In this document: piece after piece, positions 50,912 to 62,907 of the stretch
How positions within the stretch are numbered: the stretch's first letter is position 1
Layout of the letters: every line of letters begins with the position of its first letter
Assembly (NCBI GenBank): GCA_023213395.1
Contig: CM041465.1
Location: 187,123,741-187,187,740, forward strand
Source: Cycas panzhihuaensis
Lineage: Eukaryota > Plantae > Cycadophyta
DNA length: 64,000 bases
Direction of reading: 5' to 3'
The notes under the pieces: model-generated
The model's database searches: none
Seen by the model: the letters and a program-made list of their open reading frames with translations, nothing else
What the model was told of the DNA's origin: nothing
Made by a program: the position numbers and the translations under genes

Positions 50912-52784
50912 CCCATGTGTTTTTTATAAAGTCATCAATAAATGTGAGAAAATACTTGGCTCCTTCCAAGAAGGGAGTAGTCATTGGTCCACAAATATCT
51001 ATGTATACTAGTTGAAGGGAGGCAGATGCATGATGACTAAAATCTGGAAAGCTTTCTCTATGTTGTTTTCTAAGAAGGCATCCCTCACACAACTCTTTAT
51101 TAATACGAATAGGTGGTAAACCATTAACCATATCTAATCTTTTCATAAGAGCTAAACTATTGTAGTTAAGATGATTGAAATGTCGATGCCATAAATCACT
51201 ATCCATAGTAGTTGAGGTTCTAAGGGCATAGGTATCTGAAGGAGTGAGGGTAAGCTTAAATAAATGATCTTTAGTCATTATACCTCTAGCAATAATAACT
51301 TTATTTTTCTTTTTATCTTTGATGACACATTCACCATTGTCAAAAATCACCTTATAATCTTGTTCCATCATCTGTCCTATCAATAGTAAGTTTTTCCTTA
51401 AAGCAGGGATGTATATGACATCATTCAAGTATCTATATTCACTAATATCAGTCAACAAGGCAATGCTACCTTTCCCAATTGATTCGTGAGAAGTATTATC
51501 TTCAAACATGATTGACCCTTTTCTATTTTTATCCAAAGTTTGAAATAAATATTCTTTATGGGTCATGTGGGTTGAGCAATCTGAATCAATATACTAACTA
51601 TCATTCTCTTCTTCCTTAGTAGAAAAACTAGATAGAAATAACTTATTATTAATTTTTGATTCCGATGAATTTAACGCATGTCCTTTAGGGGGTGGTCCAT
51701 ATTTTGAAAAATATTTATCTTCAATGTGACTATTTTTATGATAATAAGTACAATATAATTGATCTCTTTTTCTATAATTAAGGCTTTGACTCCTTGGGTG
51801 AGAACGATTAATATTAGAAGACCTCCCCCTTTCCTCATAGAATTGAGGAGGATTATTTCTTGGTTGGTTATCACGATACTTCTGAGTTGATCTTCAAGGT
51901 TGAGAATTCCCATGACAATGTGGACAATAAGGATGATTCTCAACTTGTCTTATTTGGATGGAATTTCTTTGAGTGTTAGGATTTCTTGGAGGGTTTTCAT
52001 GTTGTTGGGGTCCTCTGTGTCTGTTTTGGTGACGGGCTTGATATCATGGAGGATCTTGTCTAGGTTTGTTTTTAGGATTTCCATCTTTCCTCTTTATATA
52101 GGATTCCTTTTGTTTTGAGGTTCTTACTTGAGAGTTAGATTGAATGTGGGCCTTTGTAGTAAAGACATGTTCTAAAGTTTCATTTATATTTTGTTGCTCT
52201 TCGATAGACATGAGCATAGCACTAAGTTGTTCTACTTTAAGGGTACTTAGATCTTTTGATACGCTAATACTAGTAGTTACCATTTCAAAATATCTTACAG
52301 CTCCTATATGTCTAATGATTCTTTTAACTACCCTTTGTTCGATTAAGGTAGTCCCAAGTGACCTTATTTAGTTAACGATATCTTAGACTTTGGTCATGAA
52401 TTCAGTTACTGATTTATGAGGCATCATACGTAAATTGTTGAACTTACTTCTCAAGTTTTGTAATTTAGAGGAGGAGGCTCCTTCATATATAAGTTGTAAA
52501 GTGTCCTAAGCCTCTTTGGACTTAACAGATTCACTGACTCATAGAAATACATGATCTTCTAATGCGTAAAAGATAAGAGCTAATGCTTCATTATCCTTTT
52601 TGACATTTTCTTTGTATGTAACTTTTTCTGCATCGGTTGGATTTAATCCCAATTCATTGTAACCAGTTCTCACTATATCCCATATGTCGTTTGCTATGAG
52701 GATGGGCCTCATCATCTTACTCCAGTTAAGGAAATTATTTCCATCAAATTTTGGGATAATCATGTTTCTAAAACTAGATATCAT
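50912..52784 (-). pseudogene. Copia D gag-pol, 5' half (gag, protease, GAG-pre-integrase, integrase start)
   Basis: IPKFDGNNFLNW..., protease YIDSDCSTHM (~51565-51595), LWHRHFNH, CEGC and FLTFIDDF. Confidence 0.96.
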
Positions 52785-55700
52785 TTTGAACTAAAGTTGT
52801 ATTAAAAAAATGTGATAAATGGAATATCAGAAGGTTAAATATGAATATTAAAAAATATTTGAATGTAAAAATTTTAAAAAAGGATTAAATATAAAATTTA
52901 TTTCTAAATATATCCTAAAGTTTTCCCAAAGTTTTCAATAAGTGAACTAGGACCTATTGAGGCTACTAAGCTCTAAGTTTAAGTTTCTCCTAGGGCAACC
53001 TTCGGTTGCTATTTTGTCTAGTGATGCCTACCTACATATGGTAAAATAGGGACCTAATATACCAGTACATGAGCACTAGGCTCTATATACCTCACTACAC
53101 GGGCTGCTAAGAAAGCTTTTACACCCCCCTAAATTGTTGGTCCATCTACGCCAGACTTATGCCTAGCGACAAATCTAGTGGTGAAGGTTCTCAAACTAAG
53201 GCACTCACCCTTTCCAGGTCTAGCCTTGGTATCCAAACATTATGAAATGAATAGGTTCTACACCTCAGCCTGCCACCAATTATACCTGATAGCTAATGGT
53301 TATCCTCATCCAATATGAGTAGGCCAATTAGCATATGCGGGGTGGTAACTTTAGGGGTCATAACCGTTTCCCTTGTAAGTCTGGAAAAATAGTGTGGTTC
53401 AATTTAGAATTATCTTGTTTAATATGAAAATTAAACTAATCAGCAATGTGGTCTTGCTTAGAAAAAAAAGTTTCTTTGATATAATAAAAAAAAACTAGAA
53501 AGTAAAATATTATGCTCTAAGCAAGATAAAATAAATAATAAACGTTTGAAAGAAATAAAATCTCCTTTTTAAAAAAAAATATATATAATACACTTCAAAT
53601 GGATGAAATATGCATTTGAAAATAGAATAAATTAAATGCAATTTTTATAAGTTTAAGAAAAAGATGATATTTTTTAATGATAATGAATAAAAAATAAAAA
53701 AACTTTTAATAAATGTATGCTTTTCAAATAAATGACACACTTATGATATAAAATTTTAAATACACTTTTGAAGTATAATGATAAATAAGGAAACTTTAAT
53801 AATTATGCATTTAAAGTAAACTTTAAAATATGAATATAACAAAGATCGTTTTCACTTATACAAGGCTGAAATGAACTTTTGATAATGAAATATAAAGAGT
53901 TTTCAACTTTTAATTTCTCAAATAAGTAAATATAAATATTTAATGTAAGAAAAAATGACTTTTCTTTTTAGTATAAAAAAAAACTTTGCTTTTAAGGAAG
54001 ATATATACAGCTAAAAAATGAAATATATGTATGTATATTTTTAGTTGCTTTATGAATAATTTCTGTTACTAAATAATTTAAAATTTCTTATATGAAGGTC
54101 AAGTAGAAACCTTGAACATATATTATGAACAACCAATGAGAAATAAAATAGAATTTTCTTAAAAAAGTTTGAAGGGCAAGCCTATTATTATGTACTTGTA
54201 TGCTCAAGTTTGACAACTTGAAAACTATACTAAACAACGTCAGAATAACTTGAAATTGTACCAATATGTAGATTAATAAAATGTGAATCCAATAGAACTG
54301 GCTGTTTTGAAAATGGGTTCTAATAAGTAAAGATTTGAATGATTCAATGGTACATACCTCCTTTTGAGGCCTAATAGGAGTATGAAGCTTAAAATTGTAT
54401 AAAATTGCTAATAAAACTTCTAGAAAGTATTGAAAAATGATCAAATATATCTTATAAAACTACTAAGTATATTTTTGGTTGAAAAATTTTATATGAAAAG
54501 ATGGGAAAAATGATAGATTAAGGCTATTAAGTAGTCAAATTTTAATGGATTTGAAAATAAGTAAAAACACCTTAAAAGATATAAAAAACTATGTCAGTTC
54601 GAAGGGGAATGAGTCATCTTCCCAATGAAACTAACGGAACTGAATTTGGATGTCAAACATAAAAGTTATAGTAAAAATAGTAACAAGTACCTTTATGTAA
54701 AAAATGTTAAAAAAATGCTAAAAACTACTAAAATGTCAATTTCAACGATTAAAATAATGGTTAAAATAAATTCTAAAAAATAAAATAAAATATAGGTAAT
54801 GAATTTTTTTGAATGTAGATCAATGTAGAATAAATTTGGGCAGAAAATAGTTTTCTGGTAATAAAATACAATCAGTTCAAAAAGCGATTTTGTAAAAAGT
54901 TGAAAAAATGTTGAAAAAAGGGTTGATTGATTTTAAATCGACTAAAACGGGGTCAAATTAGCACCAAATTGGTCATATGACTAGTCAAAATTGATCTACA
55001 AAAAAATTATGATCCAATGAGACTCGTTTCGTCTAAAACTAACGAGTCAATGAGGAGTTATGGAAAAAAAGCACAAATAACTCTGTAAAAAATAAAAATT
55101 AAAAAAATAAAAGAAAAAAAAGGTTTTATATTTTTGTTAGCCCCTTTGCAATGGCTAATGGTCACGTAGAAATGATCTTATGACTAGGGGCTACTATCAA
55201 AAGGGGCTATATCCTTTAAGTGGCTGGATTTCAAAAAAATATACAAGTTTCTTAATTTTTTTTTATAAACTTTATAAACATAAAAATTAATCGTTACAAT
55301 GTGAAATCGGCTAACGGCGACAAATAGTCGAAAATCAAATTGAAAAAACTAATCGAAACAAATTTTGATGAGCCAACCAAGTCACTTTTATAAAAGTGCA
55401 CAAATATATATATAATTATGTGTCAGAAAAAAAGAAAAAAGAATAAAATAAAAGAAGACGAATGTGGGTTACTAAGACGGAGCTAGACAAATTCCAATGA
55501 ACCTGTGTGGACCAAAATCTAGATATTAATTATTTATTTGTTTAGTTTAAAAGGGAAAAAAGATGAAAACGAGTAGGATAATGCCCAATATATATATAAT
55601 TTTTTAAAAAATAAAACACAAAAAAATGGGAAGAAGGGAAAAACCAACGATAGCAGTGCCAAAACTAGAAAATCCACAGAAATATATGTGCAAATTATAA

Positions 55701-56628
55701 TTTATATAAGATGGATATAGGATTAATTATACTTGACAGGTAATGAAGGGGTACAAATCATTCCAACAATTTCTTTTTATGTCGTTTGACCTTACAACCA
55801 ACTGAGTAAGTCACGGTGATCTGCTCGTTTCACTACTGTAGGATTTTAAATCCAGCTGATTATACACGCCTACTGGATTCCTCTGTGGCTATATATTATG
55901 GAGTCATTCTATATGTGCATTTGCATACAATAGGATGCCAAGAGCTTCGTGTTAGCATGCCAAGAGCTCCGTCTTTCATCCACTGCTCTAGGAGGTGTAC
56001 CGTAGAGTTTCACTCAAGATAGCCAACCTCCGATAGAAGATAATATGGAAGCAAATCAAAACAGAAGATAATACAGAGTAGAGATTTTTAAATACTCTCT
56101 TGATTTCACTGCATTTAAGCGGGCACAAACTGTTGCCTTGTTCGAGTAGGAGGAGCTGCAAAGGTGCTATAAAAGCATGGAAGAATGTGTGGTAGATCTA
56201 TTGATTCCGGTAATATCCTCTACTCGAATATTTGGCCGAGATTCCAAGTCCCCACCGAGCCCTGTAACCATGACGAAATCCTCCAAAATAGGGCAAGAAC
56301 GGCTGTGAAGAGAATAGGGGAAAGAATGGAGGGGTGGCGAGGTGCTTCAGTTATTAAATGTTATTCATTAAGATTGAGGAAAGTCCATGGGCCAAGGTAT
56401 ATGCAGAAATTACAAACCCGAAAGGGTAGACCTTTGTCTATTAGACTACTGGTGTCCCCCAAATATTTGGGGGCGGGCTGAGACGTGCATGGAGCCTTTG
56501 TCCAGATCTCAGCGAAGCAACTGACTAAACTTATAGTGATGCACCTACTGCTTAGAATGACCAATTTGATGTTGCCCAATTTGCTTAGAACGACTGTTGA
56601 AGGAGATGGAATGGCTCTCACGGATGAC

Positions 56629-56720
56629 GATAGAAGAACGGCTGGGAGAGACTGGCTACCACGGTAATGATAGAAGAATGGCTAGGAGAGAATGGATCCT
56701 ACGGTAATGATAGAAGAATG
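56629..56720. repeat. About 2.5 copies of a ~40-bp tandem unit (GATAGAAGAAYGGCT..GAGA...ACGGTAAT) in the leader of D
   Basis: Directly visible. Confidence 0.8.
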
Positions 56721-58896
56721 ACTCCTACAGTAGTAACACCAATAGCCAATGGAAGATAGACAAGCTTTAGTCTATAGATGTAGAGTTAGAGGAGAAGCTT
56801 GCAAAGAGACAACAAACTTTTGGAAAATAATCTAGAGAGTTGGATGAGGAGATCAACGTGCTCATAGACCATAGACTTACATCAACAGAGAAAAAAAAAA
56901 GAATAGTGACAAAGGCTGTGAGAGAAAATTCCAATGGTCATAAATAATTAAAATATAATGTGGCCAAAGATTTCAAAATGAATACCCAATACTCAAATTG
57001 AAGAACAGACAAATAGATTCAAAGACATAAATAGTAAATCTAAAGAAACACCTTATAGAATAACAACCAAATAAAAAATGGTCCTTTGAATATATTGACG
57101 AAGATATATTAAATAAATAACAAAATATATGTTTGTATTTAAAAAAAATATGAAGAACCTGGTAAACTCATTTGCAATGCTAAAGAACCTGGTAAACTAG
57201 TTTGCAATACTGGCTTCAAAGCGTGACAACGTCTTGTACAATGGACAAAACTCCAAACTGTTTTCTCCAATGAGTAGGTGTGCTTGCCAGGATCTCAACC
57301 AGTAGTTATATGCAGGTGTTTCGCTGAATATATGAGAAGCTAAATCGAATATTGAGCAAAATATCAACACTAACCTGTTTTGATACCAAATGATGGAGCT
57401 GGAGGAGCAGAGCAGGACTTTAGAATGAGAGCATTTTGAGTATAATGGTGATTTCTGATAGTTGGCGGTGTTGAGAAAAATACCTGCGAGGTATTCCCGT
57501 CCCTTAAATAATGAATTTTAGGGAAGCATCGAGTGCCATCACTCTAGTTGCATATTAACCAATGTAAATTTAAAATATATTAAAAAATTAACAATAATAA
57601 ATGAAATACGTACCTCAAGAAAGTGGTGTTAGGTCCAGGCGGCTATTAAGTGGCTCAAGGTGTCCTAGGGGCCCTTAAAGGTGGCTTTGAGGAGCCCTAA
57701 GCACTCAGGTGCACTTACCACATTACGATTATTCCCAACAATTTCTAAAGATGCCAACATAAAGATTATAATTTGTTCCTTTTATTTTTTTTATTTTTTC
57801 ATTTCACATAGGGTACCTAGCAAATTTTTAGCATAACTTTTAACTAGGTCATTAATTTCTGACGAAACCTATCCTATTGCATCTAAAATTTTATGAGGTA
57901 TAATTTCAACTGATCATATGCTATATTTGGAATTGACTTGACTTGCTTTCAATCAGTTTAAAGTCATTCATTCGTTTTCAAAGCCATTTTGAACTAATTT
58001 CACAAAATTACTTTTTTATCACATTATATTTTAATACCAAGAGATTATTTTCTACCTAGATTTACTCTACAGTTATCTATTATTAGTAAACTTTATCACC
58101 ATCTATTCATTCTATTTTTTAGGATTTATTTTAATCATTATTTTAATTGGTTAAAGTGACACTTTAGTATTGTTTAAATACTTTCGCATAAAAGTACTTG
58201 CTACTATTTCTATTATAACTTTTATGTTTTATATCAAAATTCAGATCCGTTAGTTTCATTGTGAAGCTGACTCACTCCTCTTCGAACTGATGCTATTTTT
58301 TATAAGTTTTTAAGTGTTCTTGTGGATTTTAAAATCCATCAAAGTTAAGGTACATAATAGCCTCCAATTTGTCATTATTGCATATATTATTTTTCAAAAA
58401 TTTTCAACTAAAAAGTATACGAAGTAGCTCTGTAAACTATAATTGATCATTTTATAGCATTCTATAAGTTTTTACTAGCATTTTTATAATATTTTGAACT
58501 TCAGGCTCCTATTAAGCCTAAAAAAGATGACTATATTTTTGGTTCATTAAAATATTGACTTGTAGGAACCTGTTTTCAAAACGGCCAGTTCCATTGAATG
58601 GTTTTTTTATTGATCTTTACATTGGTATAATTTCACTTTATTCTAACATTGTTTAGTACAGCTTTGAAGCTACTAAACTTGAGTATTCAATATATCCTAA
58701 TAGGCTTTCACTTACTTCTTACACTTATAATAGTTGCATTTACTTGATATACTTTCCAAATGCATCTTTCTTTTTTTTAAAGGGCATTACATTTCTTTCA
58801 AAGAGTATATTTGACATCATATAAGTTTATTCCTTTATTGAGTTTTTTAACTTGGTAAAATCATATTCCTTTTTATGTACTAAAGTTTTCTGTAAA

Positions 58897-59227
58897 ATGG
58901 TATTAATTTTAATAAAGTATAATTTCCTATATTTGATGGCCATAATTTTTCACAATGGCATCAAACATGTAAAATTATTTTATTACACATGATCTTTTGA
59001 GTTACCTCCAAGATGAATATGATGTTACTATTAAGGAAAATATTAAAAAAGATAATGAAGCCTTAGCTATATTATTTTGCACTATAGATGATAATGTATT
59101 TTTTAGAGTTTGTAAATTCACAACTTCCAAATCCGTATGGGACATCCTAATTTCTATTTATGGGGGAGATACCCTCAATGAATTTAACATTAATATTATT
59201 GAGTTTATGAGACATGTGATAGAATAA
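58897..59227 (+). pseudogene. Truncated gag remnant of element C
   Basis: FPIFDGHNFSQW and KENIKKDNEALAILF closely match the gag of D (IPKFDGNNFLNW, KENVKKDNEALALIF). Confidence 0.88.
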
Positions 59228-59605
59228 GTGGATTGTAATGAAAAGACCAAGGAAGACTCAAGTCAAATGCATGATCATCTTATTGCACAAGAACCCAATC
59301 CTCCATTTAAAGGGGAGAAATATGATGATATGATAGTTGCTCATAACACAAAGACTTCAGAAGATAAAGTTAAAGTTCCAAAAGTTAAAGTCAAAGTTGT
59401 AGCCATAACTCTACATTCAAATCAAGCTACATTTACTTACAGTTTTTTTACACCACTCAATGGTAAAAAGATACATTGTTAAAAGGATGAGAAGAGTTGA
59501 TAATAATCAAGCTACAAAATAGATCTTCAAAGTTTTCTTCAAGTTTAAATTTCATAAGTTTAAAGAGTAGACAAAGTTGTTTGTGATGACCATTAAAGGG
59601 GAGAA

Positions 59606-60075
59606 TATTGGGGTTAATGATCATCATCCTACTCCCACCTTCCAACCAAAAGTGCACACCTCACTCTCACTAATTTACACATGTGGGTGCTCATATGTGA
59701 AGGTAAGTATAAGGTAAGGTTAAGTTGATTTGATTTAATTTGAGTTAAGTTCATTTGAGTTAAGTTATATTTTATTGTTGTTTGAATTTTAGGGATTGAG
59801 AAGTTTCCCTCCTCCCCTAAACTATATATTTAGAGGGGTGTGCAACCTTGGTATCTTTAGACACTGCCTACTTTTAGATATTTGTAATGCTCTCTCTCAA
59901 ACAATAGATTGAATATAGAGGATTATGTATTTTATGTTACAATAGAATGAGTTTTGATTATGTGTTTATGTTCTGCCCTGTTCTCCATCATTTTAGTACC
60001 TTCATTTGGTATCAGAGCTTGGTTTAGCTCTTTCATCTGGTATTAGAGCCATTTGGGATTGCATCTTTTCCTACA
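59606..60075 (+). repeat. 3' LTR of element C
   Basis: Colinear with 30338-30809; preceded by the PPT and followed by the TSD. Confidence 0.93.
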
Positions 60076-60540
60076 AGTTATATTTATTGCATTGAAAAGT
60101 TGAATTACATAGCTTCATAACAAGTGGTTACACTATAATTGAGAGATTATTCATGGTAGTTTTAATGGCTTATAGTATTGATTTTAGTATATCAAGTTAT
60201 TATATTAATTAAAATTGGAGCATGTACTTGGAAAAGGAAGTGGTTTATCACATGTTTATGATCAAATAACTATTTTGGTAGATTTTTTCTATGGTTTAGT
60301 GGATGGGATTATGATTTTTTGGCTTAATTTTTTCCTTTAAGTGTAGAGAGACTAGGAATAGGCAGAATGGGAGCATGGGAAAGTTATTTTGCATGTAAAT
60401 ATTAGCAAAAGACCATTCAAAAGGTCTGATAGGTGCAATGACTAGTTCTCCATATGCCCTAATAAATGTTTGGCTTTTATATAGACCTAATATCATAATT
60501 TAAATACTTATATAATAGAGATTAAAAATTAAGGGGTGAA

Positions 60541-60977
60541 TGTTTGCTAATGTCTAATCTATATTTTAATAAGTTGATATATTTCTTCTTTGATATATAC
60601 TAAGGGATCTTAGTGCATATATTTCTTCATATATGTAGTCATTAGTTGACCAAATAGCTCTTGGTTTTTGATTAGATATCTATAATGTGACTCATATATA
60701 TAAATATATGTCATGTTTTATAATATAATTAGAGATGATCATTTCCCACAAGTATATTATATTATGTGTGTTGTGTGTGTATGTATGTGTGTGTATACAC
60801 ACACACATACACATACACACACAACACACATAATATAATATACTTGCACACACACACACACATACACACACACACACACATATATATATATTTATTGTAA
60901 TTATATGGCTTCATAGTCTTGATATATTTGATACTATATGTTCAGAATATTAAATTATATTTATATATTTTTTAACA
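60541..60977 (+). repeat. 3' LTR of element A, with a palindromic microsatellite expansion
   Basis: TG...CA termini, PPT upstream, colinear with 21470-21793 apart from about 60760-60885. Confidence 0.82.
60749..60846. repeat. 98-bp near-perfect palindrome containing (TG)n/(CA)n
   Basis: The outer 36 nt of each arm are exact reverse complements. Confidence 0.92.
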
Positions 60978-62894
60978 GAAATCAATTAGATAAGTAATTA
61001 AAAAAAAAGTGTAAAAAATATACTAATCACAATATTAATTTCTATACTTTGAAGATCATGGGTTAGCTAAATCAAGCATGAAGTAACTAAACTATAGGTA
61101 GTGCCTGATCTAGTGGTAAACCTATTAGGGACTCCTATTAATTAAGGTTGCTTACACCTAACAACCTCATATAAGGTTTAAATAAAGAACTAGGAACCAT
61201 CTTCTTTTAAAGGCGAAATACTAATCCACTTATAGAAATGAATTGGTCCTTACCTTAAGAAAAGAGGCCCTTTAAAAGAATGATAAAGAAAAATATAATT
61301 AGAGACATAAGGTAGTCACTATTCTCTAAATTGCATGTTTTCTATAAAATAGCCCTTCCCTTCCAAGACATAACTAATGTAGGAGATAGAAACATGAAAA
61401 AATAAATTAAAATATAATTTTAAAGTAAAATGGTAATTTACAAATAAAATAAGTAAACAAATACTATTTATCCATAGAATTATATAGATTAAAATGTACA
61501 CAAACAAGCAGTCAAACTAGCATATGCAAGTAGAAAAAATAGAAGATCTATGCTTGTAGTTGTAATTAACTCTCACATAAGAAATGAAAATATGATTTCT
61601 TTTTTTTAGAAAGTAGGAAAAGAGCATGAAATAAATAATAAAGTCAGTTAGCAAGGTGATAAAGTAAAGGAGGTGGACTTGGAAGTCTCGCTCTCCATTT
61701 AGGGATTCTGTTTTAGTTTAATTTTTATTTTTTTTATTTTAAATTCTAATTAATACTTTATTTTAGTAAATAGTTAGATTAGCTTAAGACCAAAGTTATA
61801 ATGATAAAGAATTGGCAATGAAATAGAATCAAACCTATAAATATAACTTCACCCTATGTGGTAATAATAAGGAAAAACTTCAATAGATCTAATCAAGTAC
61901 TCATATATCAAATGAAACACATCAAGTTTTAGAAACTTCTAGTAATATTTCTACTATATTTAGGAAATTTCCTATAAATCTAAAACTTATAAACCTTAAA
62001 GGTGCCAAAACAAGCTTTAAAACCCTAATGAAATAAAGTTATAAATATGTAATTCTTGAAAATTTTGATAGCATAATAGCTAAACCTAGAGAATTTTTGG
62101 GAAAAAAGAGAGTAAATTACATGAAATCTTATGGAGAAAGAGATAACACACGTAATTTTGATTGGGACAAATCTCAAAGAAAAAAAAAGAAAAAGATGCA
62201 TTAATTTATAAGAAACAAAAAAAGAAAGAATTTTGATTGTAAAATCATACATGAAACCCTTTGAATCCTAAGTGTAATACCTGTGATAAATTATTAAATG
62301 CATAAATGTACATTCATTTAAGTTAGAAACTAAATATCATATGAAATCATCCAATAACTGATTAAAACTTATAATTACAAACATGAGATGTAGAAGATAA
62401 AAAAAATCAAATGAGATTAGTAAGACCTATATCAACTATATCTAAATTAAACATTAAGCTTGCAAGCATGAAGTTAGACCTATAACAAATTATTAGAAAG
62501 CATAAACCTATATCCATCCTATTAACATGGTAGTTAATTATTAAGCTACTTAGTTAATGTTAATGTAGTTTAATTAAGTGAAAAGGTGTGAAGCCAAAAA
62601 GGTGTGACTTATTTAGAGGGTCATAACCTTAATCGAGTGATACCTCTTGGGAAAATATAAGTGCCTTGAGGCCTTGTGTATTCAACATTAAGTATCATTA
62701 TATCAATCCATTGTGCAATAATCAAAGTGATCCATGAAGGATCATTTTGTAATGGTTATTTTTCCAAAAGGGTTTTCCCACATAAATTCCTGTGTACTGT
62801 GCATCTATTATTTGCGTATATTTATTTACTTGCTATGTATGGTAAAAGATTCTGTGATTGGAAACATTTGTATATGATTTCATGTTCTTAAACA

Positions 62895-62907
62895 TGGTAT
62901 CAAAGCC
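62895..62907 (+). promoter_or_regulatory. tRNA-iMet PBS of a further LTR element whose LTR ends at 62894
   Basis: ...CTTAAACA followed by TGGTATCAAAGCC. The LTR start and internal domains could not be resolved. Confidence 0.7.

Larger units (their letters stand above)
33859..57740 (-). mobile_element. Element D: Ty1/copia LTR retrotransposon with a ~4.6 kb 5' leader, interrupted in integrase by a Tat element
   Basis: LTRs at 57391-57740 (5') and 33859-34208 (3'), perfect TSD ATTTC (33854-33858 and 57741-57745), minus-strand PBS TGGTATCAAAAC at 57377-57388 and PPT GGGGGAGAA at 34209-34217. Confidence 0.96.
30338..60075 (+). mobile_element. Element C: non-autonomous (LARD-like) copia derivative related to D, with captured fragments and only a gag remnant
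   Basis: LTRs at 30338-30809 and 59606-60075, perfect TSD AGTTA (30333-30337 and 60076-60080), PBS-like TGGTAATAGAGC at 30812, PPT AAAGGGGAGAA before 59606. No pol motifs outside the nested D. Confidence 0.92.
21470..60977 (+). mobile_element. Element A: old LTR retroelement with a short decayed interior; outer shell of the nest
   Basis: Homologous LTRs at 21470-21793 and 60541-60977. PBS-like TGGTACTAAACC at 21794, PPT AAGGGGTGAA at 60531-60540, and flanks CAAAT/GAAAT (4/5 TSD). Confidence 0.8.

Noticed and set aside
60692-60877. Cys/Val-rich ORF
   Set aside because: It is the translation of a TG/CA microsatellite.
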